Positions 52,127 to 62,442 of a stretch of 64,000 nucleotides of DNA are shown in pieces; the stretch's first letter is position 1; every line of letters starts with the position of its first letter. The notes under the pieces were generated by a model. That model had not been told where the DNA came from. It searched no databases and was given only the letters and a program-made list of their open reading frames with translations. Source of the stretch: Seison nebaliae (Eukaryota); contig JALJEE010000226.1 in the NCBI GenBank assembly GCA_023231475.1, positions 1 to 64,000 of the forward strand, written 5' to 3'. Position numbers and translations under genes: made by a program.

Positions 52127-55100
52127 TCATCCTTCAATGTCACTATTCCATAAGAATACTTGTACACCTTTCTTTCGGAATTGTTTACTTCCACGTTTCT
52201 TATTTAACTGATTGTAGAATCGTTGAGCGATATATCTATTCAATTTCTTCTTTCGATGTAACATCAATTGTGATCGACTCATTTGATGTCGACAATATTG
52301 ACAGAATGGATATAATCGATTATTCTTCTTTGAATTCAATTGTTTATGACGTTGTTCATCCGATGGGGTTTTCTGACATAACGCCATTGGTATGGAACGT
52401 TTCTTCGTCATGTTGCCTTTGGTGGAGGAATTCTTGTTGATTATCGTTTTGTCACCATCATAATTACATGTACTATTCGTACTACAATGACGACGACAAT
52501 GTCCGTTATCACCGAATAATTTGTAATGTTGTGATGTTCGATCAATTAAGGCAGCGGTCGAGTGATAATGTTGTTGATGTTTCGGTAAGAAGAATAATGG
52601 AGAAGATGAATTGATGGTCGTCGACGTTTCCACATCTAACGATGAGAATGAATGAGAGAATATCGAAGTAGAACAACTGTAAACTAAATGAAGTATTGTT
52701 TCGTTATCGATATTGGGACAATGGAGATGTGTACTATCCGTATCAGATGTTGATGTTGTACGACTATCGATCTTTCCCAATTGATGTGGATGTGGATGAT
52801 GGCGATGATGATGGTAATGATGACATCGATGTTTCCTTCCATTCTCCTTCAGTTTCGTCTGTGATAATTCTGATAATTTCTTATTCTCTTTCACCGAAAT
52901 ATTATCTCCCGAATCAAAGAAAACTTTATCTTCAATATCGTTATTTGATGGAAATAATTTCATTTTGTTATTCGAATTCGGTTTCGTATTTTGTGTCGAC
53001 TTCTTCATCAATTCAAATAATTCGATCATTTTAGTCAATCGCTTCCCACCAATCTTATAATCTATATCTCCTTTCGCACTTTTCGATTCATCATCATCTT
53101 CTTCATCATCTTCTTCTTCTTCTTCATCTTCTTCATCATCTTCATCATCTTCATCATCTTCATCATCATCTTGTTCATCATCACCATCAGCATCTTGTTC
53201 ATCATCACCTTCATCTTCATCATTCACGTGAATCTTATTCTCCAAATCAACAACAACAACATCTTCATTAATTGGATTCATTACATTATCATCGTTATCG
53301 TCTTTAGAATGAGAAATGAGTTTTTCTTCTTTATCCTTCGTGATGGAAATGTCGATGTCATTCGTTGTTTCGTTTATGTTTAACGATTTCTCCGATTTTA
53401 TGATACTGTTCGTTGGTGTATAATTCCTCACATTATTATCATCAGTACTATTATTTTTCAATTCGCCGTCAATGAATGACATATCTAATTTTTCTTCTTT
53501 TGTCGATAATCGTTGCTGTTCGATACGACGGAAATGACGAAGGATCATATTAAATTTATTCATTTCATCTTTCCCCTTATCCATCGACGGATTAGAAATA
53601 TCATCAATCTTATTATTACTTTTCGTCAATGATTCATTGAGAGATGTGATATCATTATTCGATCTTGGATGAGATTTATTCGAATTCGCAATTGATTCAA
53701 TTTTTTCTGATTCTTCCAAATTCTCCCCAAACTTCAACGAAATTTTACTTTCCGTTTGATTGTTCGATTGTTCCGTTTTATTTACAGAGTTTTGATTAGT
53801 TATCGATTTATCCGTTGTGAGAGAACTCTCATCGTATAAGGAAGTGAGAGAAGAGATATCATAGTCGGAATCATTTGTCATTTTCAATGAACATCGTTCT
53901 TCAAATTCCTCATTCTTACTAATCAATTTCCGATAATTTTCTATATCAAACAATATTTTTTTTTCATTCAATTTATATTGGTCGATTTGACAGAACCATT
54001 TGGCAGTTTCCTTATATTTCTGCAATTGCATATCGATATATTCTTTAATCAATTGTTGTTCGTGTGTCAATGAACTCTCGTCCAAATATTTCGCATTCAA
54101 ACGGAACATTGCTGGTTGACCATTATCCATTGATGGTCCAGGAATATTAATATCATCAATATTGTCGAAAGGAGGTGGTGACGTCAATCTTAATTTCTTA
54201 CTCATTTTCTTCTTCTCGTCATTCTCCTGCAGAAGTTTCAATTGTTCCTGTTGGTACCATCGATAATAGAAATGGAACGGATGTGATGGATGTAAACTAT
54301 TGATGATTTTCTCATTATTCACTTTATTCGATGAGATTATGTTATCATTATACTGGAATAATTGTTCTTCAGTTCCATCATTTATCTCTCCAAAGTCATC
54401 TTTCACTTCATTATTCGATATTTGATCAATCGTTAATGAATTCCATTTCTTCTGCTCTAAATCAGGTACATTATTCTCCTCTACATTTGACATTCCTTTA
54501 CGACCTTTAAAATTATTTCTACGATAAAATATTCCGTCAGGATCCCTAATTGATTTCGTCGTACGAAACGACATATTATTAAGTCGTCGAAATTTTCCAA
54601 ACGAATTATCTTCTCGATAATTTCCATCAAAATAATCCTTCTTATTATTATCCTTCATTCCACTTGTTGTTGTAGTCATTGTTGTTGTTGTTATTGGTTG
54701 AGTGGTAGTGTTGAGATGTTGATAATCATATTTCTGCGATAAATTTTCATAATAATTCCGATTATAATTTATAGAAGTTTTCCGTCCGAATTTAAAATAT
54801 TTGTGAATATCATATTCAAAATCACGAAATAATCGTTTGAGATAAGTGTTTTTCGTTGTTGTCGATTGTCCCATTCCGTCGTCGACGGAACGTGGAAGAA
54901 TAATTTTACATCGATCGATATTCGAATAACGATTTTTTTGAGTTCGATTTAAACGTTCGAACAACTTTTCATTCTTCTTCTTATTTACATTTATTTTCTT
55001 CTTCTGATTCTCCAAATATTTCTTGCAGGTAATCATGAGAGATTTTGTGGAGGAACTTAATGTTGTAGAATTGGATGACGCTTTCGTCGAATGTTTGGAG

Positions 55101-55450
55101 ATGACACTCGTCGGTGAAACTGAAGAAGTTGTTCCATCCAATCCAGAATTCCTCTCTATCGACAACATCGATGACGATGACGATGATGATGATGATGATG
55201 ATGATGGTGAAAATTCGATGGATGACGACGTCGATTGATTATTTAGAGATGAGAATGTTGATGATTTCTTCTTTGATAATTCTCGAGCACCTGGTAAATG
55301 TAATAAACGACGATAAAGTATCTGAGCGAATTTCTCCAATTCTTCCGGTTTCTCTAATGATCCTTTACAAATTCTTTGAATTCTCTGTTCATTCCGACGT
55401 AATAAATTGGAGCGACGATGATGTGAAGATGTTAGCGTTGTCATTTTCAT
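52127..55450 (-). CDS. Uncharacterised 1107-aa low-complexity protein (poly-S, acidic D/E tract, His-rich)
   Basis: 3.3-kb open frame; no confident domain. Confidence 0.75.
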   Translation of the reverse strand: MKMTTLTSSHHRRSNLLRRNEQRIQRICKGSLEKPEELEKFAQILYRRLLHLPGARELSKKKSSTFSSLNNQSTSSSIEFSPSSSSSSSSSSSSMLSIERNSGLDGTTSSVSPTSVISKHSTKASSNSTTLSSSTKSLMITCKKYLENQKKKINVNKKKNEKLFERLNRTQKNRYSNIDRCKIILPRSVDDGMGQSTTTKNTYLKRLFRDFEYDIHKYFKFGRKTSINYNRNYYENLSQKYDYQHLNTTTQPITTTTMTTTTSGMKDNNKKDYFDGNYREDNSFGKFRRLNNMSFRTTKSIRDPDGIFYRRNNFKGRKGMSNVEENNVPDLEQKKWNSLTIDQISNNEVKDDFGEINDGTEEQLFQYNDNIISSNKVNNEKIINSLHPSHPFHFYYRWYQQEQLKLLQENDEKKKMSKKLRLTSPPPFDNIDDINIPGPSMDNGQPAMFRLNAKYLDESSLTHEQQLIKEYIDMQLQKYKETAKWFCQIDQYKLNEKKILFDIENYRKLISKNEEFEERCSLKMTNDSDYDISSLTSLYDESSLTTDKSITNQNSVNKTEQSNNQTESKISLKFGENLEESEKIESIANSNKSHPRSNNDITSLNESLTKSNNKIDDISNPSMDKGKDEMNKFNMILRHFRRIEQQRLSTKEEKLDMSFIDGELKNNSTDDNNVRNYTPTNSIIKSEKSLNINETTNDIDISITKDKEEKLISHSKDDNDDNVMNPINEDVVVVDLENKIHVNDEDEGDDEQDADGDDEQDDDEDDEDDEDDEEDEEEEEDDEEDDDESKSAKGDIDYKIGGKRLTKMIELFELMKKSTQNTKPNSNNKMKLFPSNNDIEDKVFFDSGDNISVKENKKLSELSQTKLKENGRKHRCHHYHHHRHHPHPHQLGKIDSRTTSTSDTDSTHLHCPNIDNETILHLVYSCSTSIFSHSFSSLDVETSTTINSSSPLFFLPKHQQHYHSTAALIDRTSQHYKLFGDNGHCRRHCSTNSTCNYDGDKTIINKNSSTKGNMTKKRSIPMALCQKTPSDEQRHKQLNSKKNNRLYPFCQYCRHQMSRSQLMLHRKKKLNRYIAQRFYNQLNKKRGSKQFRKKGVQVFLWNSDIEG

Positions 55451-56222
55451 TTTATTAGAGATCGATCAATCGTTTTCTATTAATCGTAATAAATTGTTAA
55501 TTAAATTAATCAAACACTCTCTTCGCCATCATCATAATAGTAAATTCTGATTAATTCTTCTTATTATTCGCTCTTCGTTCTTATCACGTCTTTATCCCCA
55601 TTACTTCAAGAAATAATATCAAATAATTTCTTCTTCTAGTCACATTTCGACATATATCTTTTGCTCATTCAAGCGCGACATCTACTGCTACATAATTCCA
55701 TGGATTGACACGTAAAGAGAGTGAAGCAGTCAAACGTTAAATTTCCCTTCTTCTACAGTATATAACCATAAACTTTTCTCTAAACTCTAAGAAATGCTCT
55801 CCTCTAAACTGTCTCTAAACTATAAGTAGAACTATTAGTAATAACACCAAATCTTTGTACAAATTCGACAACTCGACGAAACTCAAATGAATTTCATTCA
55901 CAAAATTACACACAAATTTACAAACTACTTCCCATTCGTTCTGATTTATGTTTGAACTTAATTCTCAACTTCGATTGAAATTATTTTTAATTAGAAACAA
56001 TTTTAAAAAATTTTCATTATGACAAGACTGACGATTAATTAAAATACTGCACAAAATCTGCACCATTCATACATTTGGAGATTCATAATTAGACAAATGA
56101 TGGTTGAAAGATTGTCAAATATAACAGGAATGGAAAAATGAGAAGTGAATAAGTTTAAACCAAATTAAATATTTTTGTTTTCTTTTTTCTTTATTTTGTT
56201 TTCGGCCTTGCTTGTTCCAAAA

Positions 56223-57782
56223 ATGACTAACTCGGAAATTTTAAATCGCGGTAGTAAGGAGATGTTGGATAAATTGCCCGCAGATAAATTGAAGAGAGTT
56301 CGTGAAATCGGAAAGGAATTCGATGTGACTCTCGATGATATGCAATATGTGAAAAATGAGATGGCATATGAAATGGTTTTGGGACTCAATCCAGATACTA
56401 AAAATCAATCTGATTTGAAAATGTATCCCTCATTTATTACAGCTCTACCAAGTGGTAATGAAACTGGTCAATTTTTAGCGTTAGATATTGGAGGAACGAA
56501 TTGTCGAATCATTCTAATAACATTAAATGGAAATCAGGAAGGACTTGACAAATATACGATGATTCCAAAGTTGTTTGTTATCGAAAATAAAGATATGCAT
56601 GATGGTAGAGCATTGATGACGAGGATAGCGAATGCGATTAAGAATCTTCTCGAAGTGAATAAAATTAAGAAGAAAATAAATTTAGGATTCACTTTCTCAT
56701 TTCCTTGTGATCAAAAGAATTTGAATGAAGCTTATCTCACTAAATGGACGAAGGGTTTCTCCGACGATTCATTCGTAGGAAAGAATGTTGTGAAGGAATT
56801 ACAAACGAAGATTGATGAATTAAAACTTAAAGTAAAAGTTGTCGCACTTATTAATGACACTGTTGGCACATTATTAAGTTGTGCTTATAAAAGTGGTGCA
56901 GCCACCACCATAGGCTTAATCTTAGGTACAGGTACTAATGCTTGTTATATTGAAGAAACGAAAAATATAAAAACAATACCTGAAAAATTTAGAAAGAAGT
57001 TTACCCATATGATTGTCAATATGGAATGGGGAGCATTTGGACAATCAGGGAAAATTAATAATTATCTCACCAAATACGATCGAGTGATCGATGAGAATTC
57101 GGTCAATCCAAAACAACAAATGTTTTCACCCCTTCATTTAGATTTTAAAGTAACTTTTCTAGATTCGAGAAATTGATTAGTGGAATGTATATGGGAGAGA
57201 TTGTTCGTCGAGTCATTGTAGATTTGATGGAAGAAAACATTTTATTTCCGGGGAAGATGCATGAAATATCTCAAAAAGAACCTATTAAAATGTATAATGA
57301 GGTTTCTAATCAATTCTCATCACTCTCTTCTCAACTAATTCTTTCTTAGGGAGATTTTGAGACAAAGAATGTCTCCAATATTGAAACGGATCGCGGGGTC
57401 AATTTCACGCAAACAAAAAACATCTTAACAAATACACATCGATTCTCCCCCGAAGAAATAACGATGGAGGATTGTAACATAATTCAATACATTTGTTATA
57501 AAGTGTCTAAGAGAGCTGCCTATTTAACAGGTTCTGGCTTAACTGGTATCATGCAAAAACTTAAATCGAAAGATAATCATATTATCGGAATTGATGGTAG
57601 TGTATATAAGTATCATCCGAGAATAAGAACTCATATTGATGAGTCGATAAAAATATTAACAAAGACAAAAGTTTCTTTTCCGTATTTTTTTTAGCTTCAT
57701 TATTACCATTTAGTTCAATACCACATTGTCCGAAGATGGTTCATCAATTGGAGCGGCAATTGCAGCAAATTCCAGTAAATAA
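56223..57782 (+). CDS. HK: Hexokinase (single ~50 kDa unit), 4 exons
   Basis: LALDIGGTN, LGFTFSFPC, LINDTVGTL, GLILGTGTNACY, NMEWGAFG, FEKLISGMYMGE, DGSVY, SEDGS. Introns start at 57122, 57302 and 57671. Confidence 0.93.
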
Positions 57783-58050
57783 AAAAACTCCAAATAAAAT
57801 ATGTTTTAGTCGTCTTTAGGTCCTTTAGTTATTTTAGATATTTTTTTTGGAATAAAAAAATATTTATTAGAAAATTGCCGTTATTTTTTAAAATTTATTT
57901 CATAAATTGAATAATCGAAATAAAACCAACAAACTAGAATTTTATCGTTCAATTAATATACAAAAAAGATAAAACATGAAATTCCAATAAAACAATAACA
58001 CACTAAAAACATAACGACAATTCACTTTTCAATAACAATTAAATGAAATA

Positions 58051-58905
58051 TTATTTTTTTATATTAATTCGAATACCGCCAGATGTTTTGAGAGAAGATT
58101 TCTCTTCAGTTTTAATTTCATCAGGAATTCTCAATTGTTTACGTTTCCCAACCGTTACTAGATCCATATTGGCATATCGATCCTTTTTATCTTGTTCTTC
58201 TTTCAATTTCTTCTTTTGAAGTTTTCTCATTTTTCTCGTTTCAATATTCTCCTCCCATTCTTGTCGATGTAACATATATAATTTCATTGCCACTCGAGCA
58301 TCTTCCACCGAATTATGTTCATTTAATTGAAAATCATCCATGTTCAACAATTTATCTGCAAAATGACGTAGAGCAATATTTCCATAAACTTTCTTCGGTA
58401 ATTTATTTCTTAAAACTTCACTTTTTTGAGTATCTCGAATTCTGTCAAATGGATATTTCAAATCTAATTGACTCAGATCATGATCGATGGCATGACCGAT
58501 AAGATATACAGGATTTTTTGTGTCATATCTAAAAATTTTTTTTACATCATTTATCACTTTATTCTTCTCCAATGCACCAAATTTTTCCATAATATTTTTC
58601 GGTCGAATCCCACTCACTTCTGTCCGATAATCTGTGATTTCCAACGTTGGTTGCACATATTCATCATAGAGAATCTTCCCCAAATGATTAACTAAAGATA
58701 CGCGTGCTAATATCGATATGTTGCCATTGGGACCGGCACCAACCATCTCACAATCAACCGCAACATAATCCTCATTTTCTTCGTCAATTAACACCTCATC
58801 GATATTATCAAACCAAATTTCCTCCCTCAATTTCTTCCTCTTCACAATTTTCTTATGTTCTTTTCTTTTTATATCTTCCTTATCACTTGACTTCTTTACT
58901 TTCAT
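58051..58905 (-). CDS. REXO4: RNA exonuclease 4 (DEDDh)
   Basis: VAVDCEMVG, ARVSLVN, TDYRTEVSGI, LIGHAIDHDL, HNSVEDARVAMKLY. Confidence 0.9.
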   Translation of the reverse strand: MKVKKSSDKEDIKRKEHKKIVKRKKLREEIWFDNIDEVLIDEENEDYVAVDCEMVGAGPNGNISILARVSLVNHLGKILYDEYVQPTLEITDYRTEVSGIRPKNIMEKFGALEKNKVINDVKKIFRYDTKNPVYLIGHAIDHDLSQLDLKYPFDRIRDTQKSEVLRNKLPKKVYGNIALRHFADKLLNMDDFQLNEHNSVEDARVAMKLYMLHRQEWEENIETRKMRKLQKKKLKEEQDKKDRYANMDLVTVGKRKQLRIPDEIKTEEKSSLKTSGGIRINIKK

Positions 58906-59095
58906 TTTATGAATGAATTTAAACTTAATTTTCAAATAATATTCCAATCTGGTGTTTCATAAATCGATAAAAAAATGTTTATAATGACAATTTTTTAAAT
59001 AAAATTCAGTAATTATGATTTTACATTGATTGTTAGTAGTCATTATTTAGTAGTTGATTTTGTTAGTAAATTTATAGTTCTTGAAAATAGTTATT

Positions 59096-59540
59096 TATAA
59101 CGTTTTCATAATAGAAGGTTTGTTGATGTGTAAAAAGGATAAAAACGATAAATGTTCATCCGTTAGATTTGATTGTTTCTTCGTAAATCTATTTTTCGGG
59201 CGAACAGAACTGTTCACAAGATAAAGATGTTACCGATCCAGCTATTAAAATTTGTGCCAATTTCGATAATTGATTCATCCAGTTGAATTGATCCAAAAAT
59301 CGACATAAGATTTGTTAAGCGAAGAATTAAAACTATACAATTCGATTTCTTTTGTTAACAACGAGAGTCCGAAGGAAGTGATGTTTTCTTTAATTTTGAA
59401 AAAGATGGTAGGTCTTCATTCAGAAGTTCGTCCAATATCTGCCAATATCAATAAGAATTTGTTTGATGTTTAATTATTGATTCATTCGCTAAATGTTTGC
59501 TTATTACTGGATTGAGATAAACCGCCGCTATAAGATATTT
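59096..59540 (-). mobile_element. Degenerate hAT DNA transposase C-terminal (dimerisation domain) remnant
   Basis: Frameshifted minus-strand pieces in the expected order: GYLNP, KEIELY...VDFW, LSKLAQILIAGSVTSLSCEQF, FTKKQSNLTDEHLSFLSFLHIN. Confidence 0.7.
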
Positions 59541-59757
59541 TTCATGTAGGATGCTAATTGTGCTAATTTTCTTTTAAGACAAGCTAAAATTAGGTTTTTT
59601 GATGGATTTCGTGTTAGGAATTGGAGAAAATTGTGCGGTAGATTTATTTGTGATTAAATTGGTAATATCATTTTAGATATTTTAAAGAATATAAATTAAA
59701 TAACTGGCTTTACTTATAAATAAAATAAACACGTGAAATATTTGTTAATCAGAAAAT

Positions 59758-60411
59758 ATGCCAAAATCTCGTCGTGATAAACAAGTTTCCTTGCAGAAAG
59801 TGCAAAAGAAAACGAGAGATCATAAAAATCAGTTAATCGAAACGATTCAAGAGAATTTGAAGAACTTCTCCACCATCTACTTGCTGAACATTGATAATTT
59901 ACGAACGAGTTTCTTTCAAAAAATCCGTGAACAATTAAAATCCTCTCGATTTTTCTGTGCCAAACGAACTTTAATGAAATATGCACTTCTCCATCATTCT
60001 CACCCCGTCAAGTCTTTACATCAATTAGTGGAGAGAATTGGAAAGAATAATTGTCTCATGTTTACCAATGAACCATTGGAAGTTATTCAGAAAGCATTGA
60101 ATGAGAATATTCAATCAGATTGTGCCCGTTCCGGATTCGTCACTCCATCAACCATCACATTAGAGAAAGGTCATTTAGAAACGATGATTCATTCAATGGA
60201 GCCTCAACTCCGTCAACTCAATCTTCCAATTACATTGAAGAAAGGAGATATATATTTGGATGAAGATTTCATCATTTGTAAAGAGAACGACGTCTTGAAT
60301 AATGTTCAATGTCGACTCCTTTCACTTTTCGGATATAAATTAGCGAAATTTCAAGTGACAGTCATTGGATTCTGGTCGAAGAAAGAAGATAAATTTGAAA
60401 AAATTGAATAA
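59758..60411 (+). CDS. MRTO4: mRNA turnover protein 4 (60S biogenesis factor)
   Basis: MPKSRRDKQVSL, SRFFCAK, HSMEPQLRQLNLP. Confidence 0.93.
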   Translation: MPKSRRDKQVSLQKVQKKTRDHKNQLIETIQENLKNFSTIYLLNIDNLRTSFFQKIREQLKSSRFFCAKRTLMKYALLHHSHPVKSLHQLVERIGKNNCLMFTNEPLEVIQKALNENIQSDCARSGFVTPSTITLEKGHLETMIHSMEPQLRQLNLPITLKKGDIYLDEDFIICKENDVLNNVQCRLLSLFGYKLAKFQVTVIGFWSKKEDKFEKIE

Positions 60412-60499
60412 ATTCATAAAATATTTCTTTGTTTTCTGTATAAAAATTTCTCGTTTATTTTTTTGGACAGATTTCCATGTTCTTTCCATCACAAATAGA

Positions 60500-61507
60500 A
60501 TGACATCTAAATCGAACATCTTGAAGATGATTCGCGATCTTCCACGAATTTCCTTCAACAATATTCGTGATACTGAAGAAGGTGCAATCATGAGAGCGAG
60601 AAAAGTGAGTTTAACATTATAAATATTGTTTTATTTCCGTCGAAGCATAACCTGACGAAAAGAGAGAGAGGTGGTCGAGTCGGTGCACAACACAAAGGTC
60701 AACGACAACGAATGTCATTACCTCGATTGGGATTCGAAGGTGGTCAATCGCCCTGGTATATAAAAATCCCACGAGAATATCATTACAAAGATCATCAGTT
60801 TCCATTAATTTTACCATTTTTTTTCTTATCCATCCAAATTTCAGTTTAAGAAGACATTATCAACCATTATCTCTGTTTCAGTTACAAAGATTAATCGATT
60901 TGAATCGATTGAACATTAACGAACCGATCGATCTCTCTAATTTGTGTAATACGAAAATCATAAAAGTTGCAAGTGAAAATCGTTATTATGGAATTGAATT
61001 AAAAGATGATGTTAATAAATTTCATTAATTTATTCATTCGTTAATTAATTGAAGGGAATGGATATTTTTGAAACTCCTATTAATATCGAAGTACAACAAA
61101 TAGAATCGGAACATGTTATCGCCGCTATCGAACGATCAGGTGGAATTGTCACTTGTAAATATTTAGATCTAGCTTCCGTCTCAGCAGCATCAGATCCTCG
61201 AAAATTTTTCGAGAAAGGTCTTCCCATTCCCAAAGTAGGAATTCCACCACTAAATTGTCTAGATTATTATCGCAATCCAGAAAACAGAGGATATTTAGCT
61301 GATCCAGAAGAAGTGACGAAACATCGGAAACATTTAGCACAAAAATATGGATATCAATTGAATTTGAGAGAAGAGTTAATGGAAATGCCAAGAAAGATGA
61401 ATCATCAATTATTTCATGGTTTGAATGGAGGATGGATTGTGAATTTGAAAGATCGTTCTATCATCAAACCAACGAGCAAACAATGGAAAGAATTTTATTC
61501 AAATTAA
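60500..61507 (+). CDS. MRPL15: Mitochondrial ribosomal protein uL15m, 4 exons
   Basis: LPRISFNNIRD, KGQRQR, PRLGFEGGQSP, IAAIERSGG, YYRNPENRGYLADP, GWIVNLKD. Confidence 0.92.
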
Positions 61508-61536
61508 AATATTATTTTTTCATTTAATTCTTTTAT

Positions 61537-62442
61537 TTATTCATTCGTTTGCAATCTAAATGGTAAATGATTCGCATCACCATAACTAAGGAAGGAAATG
61601 TTGCCATTTGAATGAATTTGTAGTTTTGTAATTGACGTGTGTCGAATGTCGAATCGTGTCCAGAATTCTGGTGGAAACTCGACAAATCTTATCAATAAAT
61701 AACGAATGACATTTCCATGACACACCATCAACGTGTTGACGTCATGTTCGAATGTTTCGAAATATTTTTGGAATGCTAATTCTAATCGATTATTCGTCTC
61801 AATATAATGAGATTTGTATTGATCGGGAACTTCCTCACCAGCCGACGGATATGGATATCCTTCTTCGATCATTTTTTCTTTCTCATATTTCTTCAATTGT
61901 TCCCCATTTAATTCTTGTCGAATTAAATTGAAAGTTTCCGTCGCTCGAGTCATCGTAGAATAAATGGCACGATGAAAAACAATGTTAGAATCTCTTAAAA
62001 ATATTCCAGTTCTTTTAGCTTGAGCTCGTCCTTTTTTCGTTAATTTTCTTTTTTCATCATTCTCTCTATAATGATATTGGCCGTGTCGAATCAAATAAAT
62101 CGTATGTTTTCCTTTATTCGAACGATAATTTCCCCAATGAGGTTCAAATTTTATAGTATTCTTTGAGAAATTTCCAATTTGCTCAGATATCGGAAATTTT
62201 GGAGATTCGATAGGGCATTCATCATATGACCAACAAACTGGTGATGGTACATCATCCAAAGGGAACCAGTCATTCGATATCAGATGATCAGTATCACAAT
62301 GATAAGATGATGGATTTCTAAAAGGGAAATATGTATTTAAACTTTCTATCTTGAGTAAATTAGTGTAAAGGAATACCAAAGCGAGAAAGATTGCCATTGG
62401 TAAAAAAAAATAAAAAACAATTGAAATCTTTCGAATTCTCAT
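61537..62442 (-). CDS. PGAM5: PGAM5-like histidine phosphatase with an N-terminal TM
   Basis: IYLIRHGQY, STMTRATET, IEEG.P, RLELAF, VCHGNVIRY, HTSIT, GDANHLP. Confidence 0.85.
   Translation of the reverse strand: MRIRKISIVFYFFLPMAIFLALVFLYTNLLKIESLNTYFPFRNPSSYHCDTDHLISNDWFPLDDVPSPVCWSYDECPIESPKFPISEQIGNFSKNTIKFEPHWGNYRSNKGKHTIYLIRHGQYHYRENDEKRKLTKKGRAQAKRTGIFLRDSNIVFHRAIYSTMTRATETFNLIRQELNGEQLKKYEKEKMIEEGYPYPSAGEEVPDQYKSHYIETNNRLELAFQKYFETFEHDVNTLMVCHGNVIRYLLIRFVEFPPEFWTRFDIRHTSITKLQIHSNGNISFLSYGDANHLPFRLQTNE

Noticed and set aside
54250..54300. SURP-like HPSHPFHFYYRW motif in the 1107-aa ORF
   Set aside because: Only the last few residues match; the rest of the domain is absent.
42033..55458. 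Antisense ORFs over PI4KB, NT5C2 and the 1107-aa gene (poly-I/V, poly-D, poly-M)
   Set aside because: Shadows of trinucleotide repeats and codon bias in the real genes.
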